A stretch of DNA of 64,000 bases from Myxococcota bacterium (GCA_044344255.1 JBIJDH010000010.1:1-64000); one strand, 5' to 3'; shown: positions 49,123 through 58,783, counted from the first letter of the stretch. Numbers and translations: made by a program. The notes: a model not told the origin generated them from the letters alone.

Positions 49123-49851
49123 CTAGCCCCGTCGCAGCCGCCAGACGCCGACCAGCGCCTCCCAGGCGATGTTGAGGCTCATCTTCGACTCGCCGCGCTC
49201 CCGATCCGGGAAGACGATCGGCACCTCGCCGATGCGAAAGCCCCGCTGCCAGGCCCGCCAGGTGAGCTCGATCTGGAAGCCGTAGCCCTGGCTGCGCACG
49301 GCCTCGAGGTCGATGGCCTCGAGCACCTCCCGACGGAAACACTTGAAGCCGCCGGTGAGGTCGCGGTAGGGCAGGCCGAGCACCCCTCGGGCGTAGAGGT
49401 TGCCGCCGCGGGAGAGGGCGAGCCGATGCGGCCCCCAGCCCTCGATGCCGCCGCCCGGCATGTAGCGGCAGCCGAGCACGAGGTCGTGCTCCCGCGCGGC
49501 GGCCAGCATCGCCGGGAGGTAGCGGGGCGGGTGGCTGCCGTCGGCGTCCATCTCGAAGATGTGCGCGTAGGGCCGCTCGAGGGCCCAGCGGAAGCCCGCG
49601 AGGTAGGCCGGGCCGAGGCCGCGGGGCCCGGCCCGGTGCAGGACGTGGACCCGAGGGTCCGCCAGCGCGAGGGCGTCCGCCAGCGCGCCGGTGCCGTCCG
49701 GACTGAGGTCGTCGACCACCAGGACGTGGGCGGCCGGCAGCACGGCCAGCACCGCCGGCACGATGAGGGGGAGGTTGAGCGCCTCGTTGTAGGTGGGGAG
49801 CACCACGAGGGCCCCGGCCCCCGCGCCCTCCCCGGCCAGGCCGATCACCAC
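49123..49851 (-). CDS. Polyprenol-monophosphomannose synthase (Ppm1/DPM1-like GT2)
   Basis: 'VLPTYNEALNL', 'VDDLSPDGTG', 'GLGPAY..GF', 'MDADGSH', 'DLTGGFKCFRR', 'GYGFQIE', 'EVPIVFPDRERGESKM'. Confidence 0.92.
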   Translation of the reverse strand: MVIGLAGEGAGAGALVVLPTYNEALNLPLIVPAVLAVLPAAHVLVVDDLSPDGTGALADALALADPRVHVLHRAGPRGLGPAYLAGFRWALERPYAHIFEMDADGSHPPRYLPAMLAAAREHDLVLGCRYMPGGGIEGWGPHRLALSRGGNLYARGVLGLPYRDLTGGFKCFRREVLEAIDLEAVRSQGYGFQIELTWRAWQRGFRIGEVPIVFPDRERGESKMSLNIAWEALVGVWRLRRG

Positions 49852-49855
49852 GGGA

Positions 49856-51541
49856 TCACCATGTGAGCTCCAAGAGCCGCTGCTTGACCTCGGCGGCCCG
49901 CTCGAAGGCGGGAGCCAGCGTCAGCACCGCCTCATAGTGGAGCTGGGCCCGCTTGCTGTCCCGCCGCGGCCCGGCGTAGATGTTGCCGAGCATGTAGTGG
50001 GCCGCCGCGCTCTCGGGGCAGTAGGCGAGCGAGCTCTGGAGCTCGCCGATCGCCAGCTCCCAGCGCTGCTGCCGATAGGCGAGGCTGCCGAGGTTGTTGT
50101 GGGCCTTACAGTAGGACGGCTTCCGCGCGAGGGCGCCGCGCCAGGCGGCCTCGGCGCCGGCGGCGTCACCGAGCTCCGCCTTGGCGATGCCCAGGTTGTT
50201 CCAAGCGTCGAGGTGGTCGCGGTCAAGGGCGATCGCTGCCTCGTAGGCGGTCATCCCCTCGCTGAAGCGCCCGGCGAAGCGGAGGGCGTCCCCGAGGCCG
50301 TACCAGGCGTCCGCCGCGCCCGGGGATCGCTCCGTGGCCTCGGTCCACAGCCTGACCTCGTCGGCCCAGATGCGGTTCCGCTGCACCGTCAGCGCGAGCA
50401 GCACCGCCGCCAAGGCCGGCAAAGCCCGGGCGAGGGGCCGGTGGGCGGCGGCGGGCAGGGCCCAGCCGAGGGCGAGGAAGAGGTAGAGCCCCGTCTGAAA
50501 GGCACGGTGCTCCGCCATGTTCTCTTTGAGTCGCACCACCGAGCTGGAGGGCAGCAGGAAGAGGGCCAGGCAGAGCAGGGCCCAGGCGGTGGCCGGCCGG
50601 CGACGCCCCAATCCCACCCCGAGCCCGACGACGCCGAGCCAGCCCGCGATGCCGAGCAGGCCCAGGACCGAGCGAGGCGAGAGCTCCTGCTGGTGGTGGA
50701 AGAGGGTCTGGCCGACGGGGAGCAGCCAGAGCTGGAGGTACCGGAGCCACACGAAGGCGGCGGTGGTGAGCTGCTCGCCCAGGCTGCGCTCGGACTCCCG
50801 GGGCAGGAGCACGCCCGCCTGTTGCAGGCGCAGGGCGACCGCGAGGCCGATCAGCAGGACCACCGGGAGGTACCAGCGATAACGGGGCCGACGGAGCACC
50901 GGCCCCGGGGGCCCGAGCAGGAGCTCCATCCCGAGGGCCGCCGCCGGCACCATCGCCCCCACCTCCTTCGAGGTCACCGCGCCGAAGAAGGCGAGCAGGC
51001 TGAGCGCGCGCCAACCTGCGCCGCCCTCCTCTGCCCGCTCGGCGGAGAGGGCCGCCGCGGTGGCGCCGAGCGAGGCGAAGCAGAAGAGCGCGCAGAGCGA
51101 CTCGGAGCGGCCGGTGGTGTAGGTCACGGCCTCGGTAGCCATGGGGTGGAGCGCCCAGAGCAACGTCGCGAAGAAGGCCACCCCCGCCGGCGCCGGGCTC
51201 CCCGCGAGGCGGCCGACGCCGCGGCCCATCCAGAGCGCCGCGCCGACGCCGAGCACGGCGATCACGAGGTTGGTGACGTGGTACTCGAAGGGATCGAGGC
51301 CGGCGCCGTGGAAGTTCCAGGCGTAGCTCCAGATGAGCAGCGGCCGCGACACGTTGTAGCTCGCGATCGCCCGCCACTCCTCGATCATGCGGATCGTGAG
51401 GTTGCCGATCACCTCGATCTTGTCGTCGTAGACGAAGGGCGCGTTCACCGCGGGCAGGCCGCCCAGCACGAGCAGGAGCCCGATGAGCAGCCAGGCGAGG
51501 CGGTGCCGAAGGGTGTCTGGGTCGAGGATGTCTCGGTTCAT
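49856..51541 (-). CDS. TMTC-like GT-C membrane glycosyltransferase with C-terminal TPRs
   Basis: 'FVYDD' after TM1, 'RPL', 'YHVTNL', 'HPMATEAVTY..GRSE', 'SKE', 'AEHR', 'RNRIWADE..LW', then about 4 TPRs ('AWNNLG', 'AHNNLG'). Confidence 0.8.
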   Translation of the reverse strand: MNRDILDPDTLRHRLAWLLIGLLLVLGGLPAVNAPFVYDDKIEVIGNLTIRMIEEWRAIASYNVSRPLLIWSYAWNFHGAGLDPFEYHVTNLVIAVLGVGAALWMGRGVGRLAGSPAPAGVAFFATLLWALHPMATEAVTYTTGRSESLCALFCFASLGATAAALSAERAEEGGAGWRALSLLAFFGAVTSKEVGAMVPAAALGMELLLGPPGPVLRRPRYRWYLPVVLLIGLAVALRLQQAGVLLPRESERSLGEQLTTAAFVWLRYLQLWLLPVGQTLFHHQQELSPRSVLGLLGIAGWLGVVGLGVGLGRRRPATAWALLCLALFLLPSSSVVRLKENMAEHRAFQTGLYLFLALGWALPAAAHRPLARALPALAAVLLALTVQRNRIWADEVRLWTEATERSPGAADAWYGLGDALRFAGRFSEGMTAYEAAIALDRDHLDAWNNLGIAKAELGDAAGAEAAWRGALARKPSYCKAHNNLGSLAYRQQRWELAIGELQSSLAYCPESAAAHYMLGNIYAGPRRDSKRAQLHYEAVLTLAPAFERAAEVKQRLLELTW

Positions 51542-51575
51542 CGCGCTCCGCCTCCTTCCCCGTCGGTCTCCGCCC

Positions 51576-52784
51576 CTATCCCCGGTCGCCCACCGCGCGC
51601 CGCTCGGCCACCACCTCGGCGTACAGCGCGGCGTGACGAGCGGCGATGGGCCCGAAGCCCAGGCGCTCGTGGATGAAGGCCCGCCCGCGCCGGACCATCG
51701 CGCCTGCGGCCTCCCGGTCGCGCAGCAGGGCGGAGATCCGCGCCCGCAGCCCGGGGACGTCGCCGTGCCGAACGAGCAAGCCGGCGCCCGCCTCGCGGAT
51801 GAGCTCGCCGCAGCCGCAGTCGTCGGCCACCACCACCGGCGTCCCGCAGAGCAGCCCCTCGAAGGGCACGAGGCCGAAGACCTCGGCCGCAGAGGCGTAG
51901 ACGAGGACGTCGGTGTCGGCGAGGAGCTCGATGCGGGCGCGGCCCTCGAGGAGGCCGACGAAGCGGACCTCGGCCCCGCGCGCCGCCTCCTTCGCCTCCT
52001 CCATCCCGCCCATGTCGTTGCCGGCGATCACGAGCGCCGCCCCCTCCGGCCCGCCCCCGGCGAAGGCGCGGATGAGGTGGGCAACCCCCTTTCGCGGCGA
52101 GACCTGGCCGAGGTAAGCGACGACGGGCCGATCTCCGAGGCCATGCTGCGCTCGGAAGCGCCCGCGGGGCGGCAGGGGCTCGAACTCGGCGAGGTCGAGG
52201 CCGTTCGGGATGCGCACCACCCGCTCGGCGGGGATGCCGGCCTGCTGGTGCCGCGACTGGTCATGGGCGCTCACGGCGACGCAGCGCGCGGCCTCGAGGG
52301 GGATCGATCCGGAGAAGAGGAGGTCCCACAGGAGCTTCGCGCCGACCTTTCGCTCGTGCCGATGGAGGGTGCCGTTCGCCGTGAAGACGTAGGGCAGGCC
52401 CCGCGGCCGCGCCCAGCGGAGCGCGAGGTTGTTGAGCAGGTGGCGGTGCCCGTGGAGGTGCAGGAGCTCGACGGGCGCCTCCCCGTCGAGGCCGGCCCCC
52501 TCGAGCAGCGCCCCGACCCCGCGCGGGGAGAAGAGCTGGTGGCGGTAGGCGCCGCGGTTCGAGAGGTTCGGCGCCGTGAGCACGCGCACGCCGCCGTGAT
52601 CTCGGTCGGCGGGCACCCCGGAGCGCCGCTCCCCGTCGAAGGCGTCGGTGGTGAGCACGGTGACCCGGTGCCCCTGCTCGACGAGCGCGCGGGACAGCCC
52701 GTCGACGATGCGCGGGATCCCCCCGTAGGCCCAGGTCGGCGGGAAGTAGGGGGTGACCTGGAGCACGTGCACGGCGACCTTCAC
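51576..52784 (-). CDS. GT4 family glycosyltransferase
   Basis: 'QVTPYFPP...YGG', 'IPNGLD', 'YLGQ...RKG', 'EVFGLVPFEGLLCGTPVV'. Confidence 0.92.
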   Translation of the reverse strand: MKVAVHVLQVTPYFPPTWAYGGIPRIVDGLSRALVEQGHRVTVLTTDAFDGERRSGVPADRDHGGVRVLTAPNLSNRGAYRHQLFSPRGVGALLEGAGLDGEAPVELLHLHGHRHLLNNLALRWARPRGLPYVFTANGTLHRHERKVGAKLLWDLLFSGSIPLEAARCVAVSAHDQSRHQQAGIPAERVVRIPNGLDLAEFEPLPPRGRFRAQHGLGDRPVVAYLGQVSPRKGVAHLIRAFAGGGPEGAALVIAGNDMGGMEEAKEAARGAEVRFVGLLEGRARIELLADTDVLVYASAAEVFGLVPFEGLLCGTPVVVADDCGCGELIREAGAGLLVRHGDVPGLRARISALLRDREAAGAMVRRGRAFIHERLGFGPIAARHAALYAEVVAERRAVGDRG

Positions 52785-52907
52785 CCGCGGAGGGGGCTCC
52801 CGCGCGCCGCGGCGGGCGCCCGTGCCGGAGCGCCGCGGACCCGGCGGAAGATACCAGAGCCTTCGCGCCTGCGGCGGCTTCGAAGCCCGCCCCCGAACTC
52901 GGACCCG

Positions 52908-52928
52908 TTAGTGTCTGCTTGACACTAA
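52908..52928. promoter_or_regulatory. NrtR-type operator overlapping a TTGACA hexamer
   Basis: 21-bp palindrome TTAGTGTC-TGCTT-GACACTAA with GT-N7-AC core, 40 bp upstream of pncA. Confidence 0.75.
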
Positions 52929-52968
52929 GATGGGGACCGTTAGGGGAGCGTGACCGAAGGAGACATCG

Positions 52969-53604
52969 ATGAACGCGCTCATCCTGATCGACATCCAGAA
53001 CGACTTCATGCCGGGCGGCCCCCTCGGCGTCCCGGGGGGAGATCAGGTCACCCCCATCGCCAACCGCCTGATGCCTCGATTTGACCGGGTCGTCGCCACC
53101 CAGGACTGGCACCCGGCCGATCACGGCAGCTTCGCCGCCCAGCACCCCGGCCGCAGCCCCGGTGAGCTCATCGTGCTCCACGGGCTCCCCCAGGTGCTCT
53201 GGCCCACCCACTGTGTCGCGGGCACCCCCGGGGCGGAATTCGTCTCCGGCCTCGACCAGGGCTCGATCCACAAGGTCTTCCGCAAGGGGACTGACCCTGC
53301 GGTGGACAGCTACAGCGGCTTCTTTGACAATGGCCACCGCAAGGCCACCGGCCTCGGGGATTGGCTGCGCGCCGAGGGTGTCACGGCCGTCACCCTCGTC
53401 GGCGTGGCGACCGACTACTGCGTCCGCTACACCGCCGAAGACGCTGTGCGGATGGGCCTCCACACCACCCTCCTCCTCGCCGGCTGCCGGGGCGTCGAGC
53501 TCAAGGCGGGGGACGTCGCCGCGGCCCTCGCCGCGCTCCGCGAGATCGGGGTGCACATCGAGGCCGGCGAGGCTCCGAGTGAGCCTCCAGGCGAGCGCCG
53601 TTAG
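52969..53604 (+). CDS. pncA: Nicotinamidase/pyrazinamidase
   Basis: 'IDIQNDF', 'DWHP..H.SF', 'WPTHCV', 'FRKG', 'YSGF', 'GVATDYCV'; AAGGAG SD. Confidence 0.95.
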   Translation: MNALILIDIQNDFMPGGPLGVPGGDQVTPIANRLMPRFDRVVATQDWHPADHGSFAAQHPGRSPGELIVLHGLPQVLWPTHCVAGTPGAEFVSGLDQGSIHKVFRKGTDPAVDSYSGFFDNGHRKATGLGDWLRAEGVTAVTLVGVATDYCVRYTAEDAVRMGLHTTLLLAGCRGVELKAGDVAAALAALREIGVHIEAGEAPSEPPGERR

Positions 53605-53691
53605 GGCTATCTTTCCCGCTCGCTCCTCCCACCGCCGTGCCGCTTTGCCCTCCCCCCGCGCCCTGGGCCCCTCGTCGCCGTGGTCGTCTCC

Positions 53692-55350
53692 ATGCCGGTA
53701 GACGAGCGGCCCGGCCCTCGCCCGGAGCCAGAGACCGATGAGGAGCCCACAGACTTCTACCGGATGACCGAGGAGCTCCGCGGCACCCTCGGCCTCGACG
53801 GCGACGGGGGCGCCACCGAGGAGGTCCCCCACCCCGCTCGGCCGGCCGCGCTCCCTTCGGGCGGGGTGAGGGGCCTCGCCCGCGGCCGGGAGCTCGGTCG
53901 CGGCGCGGAGGCCATGCGCCCGGCCGCGTCGAGCTCGAGCTCCTTCCTCGAGCGTCAGCGGGCCCTGCTGCGCGCCGAGGAGGCGCAGGCCCCGCCGCCG
54001 CAGGTCGAGCGGCTGAGCCTCCCCGCCGAGGCGCGGCGCCTGGCCTCCCTCGCCTGGCCGATGGTGCTGGGGCAGCTCGGCTTCACGGCGATGGGCGTCG
54101 AAGACACCGTCATGGTCGGTCACTTCGGCCCGACTGACCTCGCCGGGGTCGCGCTCGGACACATGTGGTCGTACAGCATCCTCGTGGTCGGCGTGGGCGC
54201 GCTGCACGGGCTCGACCCCGTCTTCGCGCAGGCCCACGGCGCCGGAGACCGCGCCCGCTCCGTCGAGACCCTCGGCCGCGCCGCGGTGCTCTCGCTGCTG
54301 ATGAGCGTGCCGATCATCATCCTCCACTTCGCCGCCGGCCCCGCCCTCCGCTTGATGAGCCAGCCAGACTCCATCGTCCCGATGGCCGCCGGCTACGCGC
54401 AGGCGATCGCCTGGGGCGCGCCGCCGATGCTGCTGTTCATGGCGCTCACGAACTTCCTCCAAGCCATCGGCCAGGGGCAGCTCCCGCTCTGGACCGTGGT
54501 GTTCGGCAACGTCGCCAACGTCGTCCTCAACGCGATCTTCATCTACGATCTGGCCGGCAACAACCTGAACGGCGCCGTGGGCTGCGGCGCCGCGACCGTC
54601 TTCGCGCGCTGGGCGATGGTGGCCGCCCTCTTCCTCCAGGCGCGGCCGATCATCGAGAACTACCTCGCCGAGCTGCCCGGCCCGCCCTCCGCGGTGCGGG
54701 ACATGCCGCGGATGCTCACCGTGGGCATGCCGGTGGGCTTCCAGTACGGCCTCGAGATGTGGGCCTTCAGCGCCGCCGGCATGATGATGGGCCAGATCGG
54801 CGCCGCCGCGGTGGCCGCCCACTCCATCACCGTCAACATGACGTCGGTGCTCTACATGATCCCCGCAGGCATCGCCTCGGCAGCGGCGGTGCGGATCGGG
54901 AACCTGATCGGGGCCCGCGCGGGCTGGAAGCGCTCGGCCTGGGTGGCGATCGGGCTCGGGGCGGCGAGCACGGGCGTGCTCTCGATCGGCCTCTGGCTCG
55001 GCGGAGACCTCGTCGGCCGCGCCTACACCAACGACGCCGGCGTGCTCGACGTCATCCTCATCATCCTCCCCCTCGCCGCCGCCTTCCAGCTCTTTGACGC
55101 CACCCAGTGTGTGACGATCGGCGTGCTACGCGGGGCCGGCGACACCCGCTTCCCGGCCCTCGTCAACCTCGTCGGCTACTGGTTCGTCGGCCTGCCCATG
55201 GGCGCCTACCTGGGCCTCGGGGAGCGCTTCCACCTCGGCGCCGCCGGCATCTGGGCGGGGCTGCTCATCGCGCTGGGCACGGTGGCCGTCGCCGTCGTGC
55301 TGCGCCTGCTCTGGATCATGCGCCGCGGCGTCACCCTGGTCGAGCCCTGA
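53692..55350 (+). CDS. MATE (NorM-like) transporter with a long N-terminal extension
   Basis: 'LAWPMVLGQL', 'DTVMVGH', 'FQLFDATQ....GVLRGAGDT'; about 12 TM; start uncertain. Confidence 0.88.
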   Translation: MPVDERPGPRPEPETDEEPTDFYRMTEELRGTLGLDGDGGATEEVPHPARPAALPSGGVRGLARGRELGRGAEAMRPAASSSSSFLERQRALLRAEEAQAPPPQVERLSLPAEARRLASLAWPMVLGQLGFTAMGVEDTVMVGHFGPTDLAGVALGHMWSYSILVVGVGALHGLDPVFAQAHGAGDRARSVETLGRAAVLSLLMSVPIIILHFAAGPALRLMSQPDSIVPMAAGYAQAIAWGAPPMLLFMALTNFLQAIGQGQLPLWTVVFGNVANVVLNAIFIYDLAGNNLNGAVGCGAATVFARWAMVAALFLQARPIIENYLAELPGPPSAVRDMPRMLTVGMPVGFQYGLEMWAFSAAGMMMGQIGAAAVAAHSITVNMTSVLYMIPAGIASAAAVRIGNLIGARAGWKRSAWVAIGLGAASTGVLSIGLWLGGDLVGRAYTNDAGVLDVILIILPLAAAFQLFDATQCVTIGVLRGAGDTRFPALVNLVGYWFVGLPMGAYLGLGERFHLGAAGIWAGLLIALGTVAVAVVLRLLWIMRRGVTLVEP

Positions 55351-55370
55351 GCGGGTCGAGCGGCGGGCGC

Positions 55371-56372
55371 GTGAGCTGGCTGCTCCCCGTCCGCGACGGG
55401 GGGGCCTGGGTCGGGGCCGCGGCCCGCTCGGCCCTCGACCTCTGCGAGGAGGCCGATGAGCTCCTCGTCATCGACGACGGCAGCGCGGAGGACCCCGGCC
55501 CGCTCCTCCCGGCCGACCGCCGGCTGCGCCTCCTCCGCCAGCCCCCGGAGGGCCTCGTCGCCGCCCTCGAGCGGGGTCGCGCCCTCGCCCGCCACCCCTT
55601 CCTCGCCCGCCTCGACGCCGACGACCTCGCCCTGCCCGGCCGCATCGCCGCCCAGCTCCCCCGATTGCAGGCCGACCCGCGCCTCGCCGTGGTGGGCGGC
55701 CAGGCCCTGCTGCGCCAGCGGGTGGAGGGGCTCGACGCGGAGATGTTCGAGGTGGCAGCCCCGGCGGGCATGCAGGCCTACGTCGACTGGGTCAACGGCC
55801 TCGAGGACCTGCACGCCGCCTTGCTCATCGAGAGCCCGCTCTTCCACCCGGCCGTGCTCATGCGGGCCGAGGCGGTGGCGGCGGTCGGGGGCTACCGGGC
55901 GGGCGACCTCCCCGAAGACTACGACCTCTGGCTCCGCCTCCGCGCCGCCGGCTGGGGCCTCGCCGCCGTGAAGCAGCCCGTGGTGCGCATCCTCGACCAC
56001 CCGGCCCGCCTGACCCGCGCCGATCCCCGCTACCGCACCGCCGCCTTCCGCGCCCTCAAGATGGCCTGGCTCCTGGACAACGTGCTCCACCCTGGGATGC
56101 GGGTCGCGGTGTGGGGGGCCGGCAAGACGGGGCGGCCCTGGATCCGCTGGCTCGTGGAGGGCGGCTTCACCGTGCCCGCCGTGATCGACCCCCACGCCGG
56201 CGAGCGCCGCCAGGGGCGACCGGTGCTGCCCCCGGCCGCCCTCCCCAGCCTCGCGGTCGACCGGCTGCTCGTCGCCGTCGGGGCCCGGGGCGCCCGCGAC
56301 CTCATCCGCGCCGAGCTCGGTCGCCTCCGGCCGGCCTGGGTCGAGGGCCGCGACTGGTGGGCCGTCGCCTGA
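55371..56372 (+). CDS. GT2 family glycosyltransferase with a Rossmann-like C-terminal tail
   Basis: 'LLPVRD', 'IDDGS', 'RLDADD', 'HPAV', 'PEDYDLWLR', 'VWGAGKTG'; GTG start 55371. Confidence 0.88.
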   Translation: MSWLLPVRDGGAWVGAAARSALDLCEEADELLVIDDGSAEDPGPLLPADRRLRLLRQPPEGLVAALERGRALARHPFLARLDADDLALPGRIAAQLPRLQADPRLAVVGGQALLRQRVEGLDAEMFEVAAPAGMQAYVDWVNGLEDLHAALLIESPLFHPAVLMRAEAVAAVGGYRAGDLPEDYDLWLRLRAAGWGLAAVKQPVVRILDHPARLTRADPRYRTAAFRALKMAWLLDNVLHPGMRVAVWGAGKTGRPWIRWLVEGGFTVPAVIDPHAGERRQGRPVLPPAALPSLAVDRLLVAVGARGARDLIRAELGRLRPAWVEGRDWWAVA

Positions 56373-58698
56373 CCCGCTGGAGGAGCACAGCGACGAGCCC
56401 GAGCGCCGCCGCGCCCCCCGCCGGCCGCGCCCCCGCGCCGCTCGCGCAGCCGCAGCCACCGGCCTCCGGCTCGCTCGCGGCCTCCGATTCGCCCGTGGGG
56501 AGCAGCACCTCAGGGCCGCTGTCCGCGAGGCGCCAGCGCTGCCCCCCGTCGAGGCGCACCGTGCCCGCGCGCACGCGCAGCCGCAGCCGGTGCATGCCCG
56601 GCTCCATCCGCGCCGCCCACACCGGGACGGGCGCGGCCCCATCGACCTTGACCTCGACCGCTGGCCCATCATCGAGGGAGACCGCGAGGCGGCCCTCCCC
56701 GGCGGCGTAGATGGAGAGCCCGCTGGCGGCGAGGCTCCACTCGGCGGCGGCGCCCTCCTCCCCCTCCATCGCCGCCTCGGCCTTGGCGCCCTCATCGGAG
56801 ACCGCGCGCCAGCCGGCCTCGTAGCGCCAGGTCTGGTCGAGGTCGTCGTAACGGTCGAGGTCGGTGGCGAGGGCCCAGGTGGCGCCCTCGTCCTCCGACG
56901 TCCAGGCCCCGCTGAAGGTGCCAGCGGCGAGGCGCCCCGCTGGTGAGAGGGCGAGGCTGCTCACGAGGTCATCGACCGGCCAGCCGAGGCGCAGGTCCGT
57001 GGGCGCGCCGCCGCCCGGGGCCGCCTCGAGGCGGGTGAGCCCGTGGTCGGTGGCGACGAGGAGGCTGTCCCCATCGGCGATCAAGGCCCCGGTGGGCTCG
57101 TCGAGCAGCACGACCCAGGCCCCGCCCTCGAGCGACCAGAGCCCGCCCTCGCCGGACACGAGCAGGCGGTCGCCCCCGGCCAGCGCCGCGCTCCCGAGCA
57201 GGTGGTCGGCGACGACGCCGTCGGGGAGGGCCAGCGCGACGCTCCGGCCCCCCTCCACCCGGTAGAGCGCGCCCGAGCAGGCCACCCACACCGCCTCGTC
57301 GAGCGGCACGACCGCCGAGGGCTTCTCCCGACAGCCGCCGAGTGAGGTCCGCGCCCAGGTATCCCCACCGTCACCGGAGGCCGCCAGCGCCGCGAGGCCC
57401 GCCTCGTCCAGTCCCGTAGACCACAGCCGCGCGTCTGCGGGCCAGCCCGGGTGGATGAAGAGGGCGTCGCCGTCGAGGGAGAGGCCGGTGTCGACCACGT
57501 CCCAGGCGAGCCCCTCGTCGGTCGAGCGGTAGAGCCGCTTGCCGCCCACCGCCCACCAAGGGCCGCCGCCCTCGGTCACCGCCACCCGCCGCAGCCAGGG
57601 CCAGCGCAGCGACTGGGAGACGTCGTGCCAGTCGCCGGTCCCGGGCGCACCTTGGCGCGGGCTGCCGCGGGCGACCCCGGCCCCATAGGGCGCGATGAGG
57701 AGGCCGCCGTCGTCGAGCCACTGCAACGAGCGCACGAAGGGGCTGGTGCGCAGCTCGAGCTGCCACCAAGCCGCGTCGCCGAGCTCGCGCAGGTAGAGCC
57801 CCTCGAAGGTGGCGGCGATGAGCCGCTCCCCATCGACGATCAGGGTGGCCTCGTGCACGCCGTCGGCCGGGCCGCCGCTGCCGGTGGCGAGGGCCTCCAT
57901 CCCCTCATCGGCGAGGGTCCAGGTCTCGCCCGCGTCCTCGCTCAACCAGGGCCCGGCGGCCTCCCCGGCGGCCAGCCAGGCGGCCTCCCCCGCCGCGAGC
58001 ACGTGCACGCCGATTGGGCCCGCGCCGGTGGGCGTCGCGACGGCGCCGTCCCAGGTGGCGACCCGCCCCTCCGCCCCGAGCAAGACCACGCCCCCGCCCG
58101 CGGCGAGGGCCGTCCAAGGCCCCGGGTGCGCCGTCTCGAGCGCCCCGCCCTCGAGTCGCAGCAGGTGACCCGCCTCATCGAGCGCGAGCGGCACGCCGTC
58201 CGCCCCCTCCGCCACCGAGGACAGCGGCGTGTCGGGCGCGGGGGCCAGGGGCTCGGCCTCGGCGCCGGGGGAGGCGGGCACCCACCAGAGGCCGTCCTCG
58301 CCGGCCACGAGCGCCCCCCCGGCCGCGGCGGCGCAAGCGAGCGCGCCCAGGGGCGCGAGGGCGGTGAAGCTCCGCGCGTCGTCATCGGAGCGCCAGGCCC
58401 CGCCCTCATCGGTGACAAGCAGCCAGGCGCCCTCGCCGAGGGCCGTGACACAGCGGGGCGTGTCGCCGGGCGAGGGCAGGTGGCCCGCCGGCACGCCCAG
58501 GGGGTCGAAGCGCGCGAGCTCGCCCGTCTCGCCGGCGAGCAGCCCGCCCGCAGGGTCCACCCCGACCGCGTTGCAGACGTCATGCGGCGAGTGGGCCCGC
58601 GCCACGCCACCCCCGAGCCCGAGGCCGACGAGAGACAGGCCGAGCGCGGGCAGACCGAAGGAGCGACCCTCGAGGGGCGAGCGGCGGAGCCTGGCCAT
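56302..58698 (-). CDS. Secreted BNR/Asp-box beta-propeller protein with a MYXO-CTERM-like tail
   Basis: Signal peptide ending ARA; Asp-boxes 'SDDDARSF', 'SEDAGETW', 'STDEGLAW', 'SGDGGDTW', 'SEDEGATW'; 'GGCGCA..LGLVAVLLQRVRRR'. Confidence 0.8.
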   Translation of the reverse strand: MARLRRSPLEGRSFGLPALGLSLVGLGLGGGVARAHSPHDVCNAVGVDPAGGLLAGETGELARFDPLGVPAGHLPSPGDTPRCVTALGEGAWLLVTDEGGAWRSDDDARSFTALAPLGALACAAAAGGALVAGEDGLWWVPASPGAEAEPLAPAPDTPLSSVAEGADGVPLALDEAGHLLRLEGGALETAHPGPWTALAAGGGVVLLGAEGRVATWDGAVATPTGAGPIGVHVLAAGEAAWLAAGEAAGPWLSEDAGETWTLADEGMEALATGSGGPADGVHEATLIVDGERLIAATFEGLYLRELGDAAWWQLELRTSPFVRSLQWLDDGGLLIAPYGAGVARGSPRQGAPGTGDWHDVSQSLRWPWLRRVAVTEGGGPWWAVGGKRLYRSTDEGLAWDVVDTGLSLDGDALFIHPGWPADARLWSTGLDEAGLAALAASGDGGDTWARTSLGGCREKPSAVVPLDEAVWVACSGALYRVEGGRSVALALPDGVVADHLLGSAALAGGDRLLVSGEGGLWSLEGGAWVVLLDEPTGALIADGDSLLVATDHGLTRLEAAPGGGAPTDLRLGWPVDDLVSSLALSPAGRLAAGTFSGAWTSEDEGATWALATDLDRYDDLDQTWRYEAGWRAVSDEGAKAEAAMEGEEGAAAEWSLAASGLSIYAAGEGRLAVSLDDGPAVEVKVDGAAPVPVWAARMEPGMHRLRLRVRAGTVRLDGGQRWRLADSGPEVLLPTGESEAASEPEAGGCGCASGAGARPAGGAAALGLVAVLLQRVRRRPTSRGPRPRPAGGDRARRG

Positions 58699-58783
58699 GC
58701 CCCTCCGGTAACCGGAGGCGGCGACGCGGGGGCTGTCCACCCCCGCCGCGGGCTATCCTCGGTCCACGCCATTGGAGCCTCAC

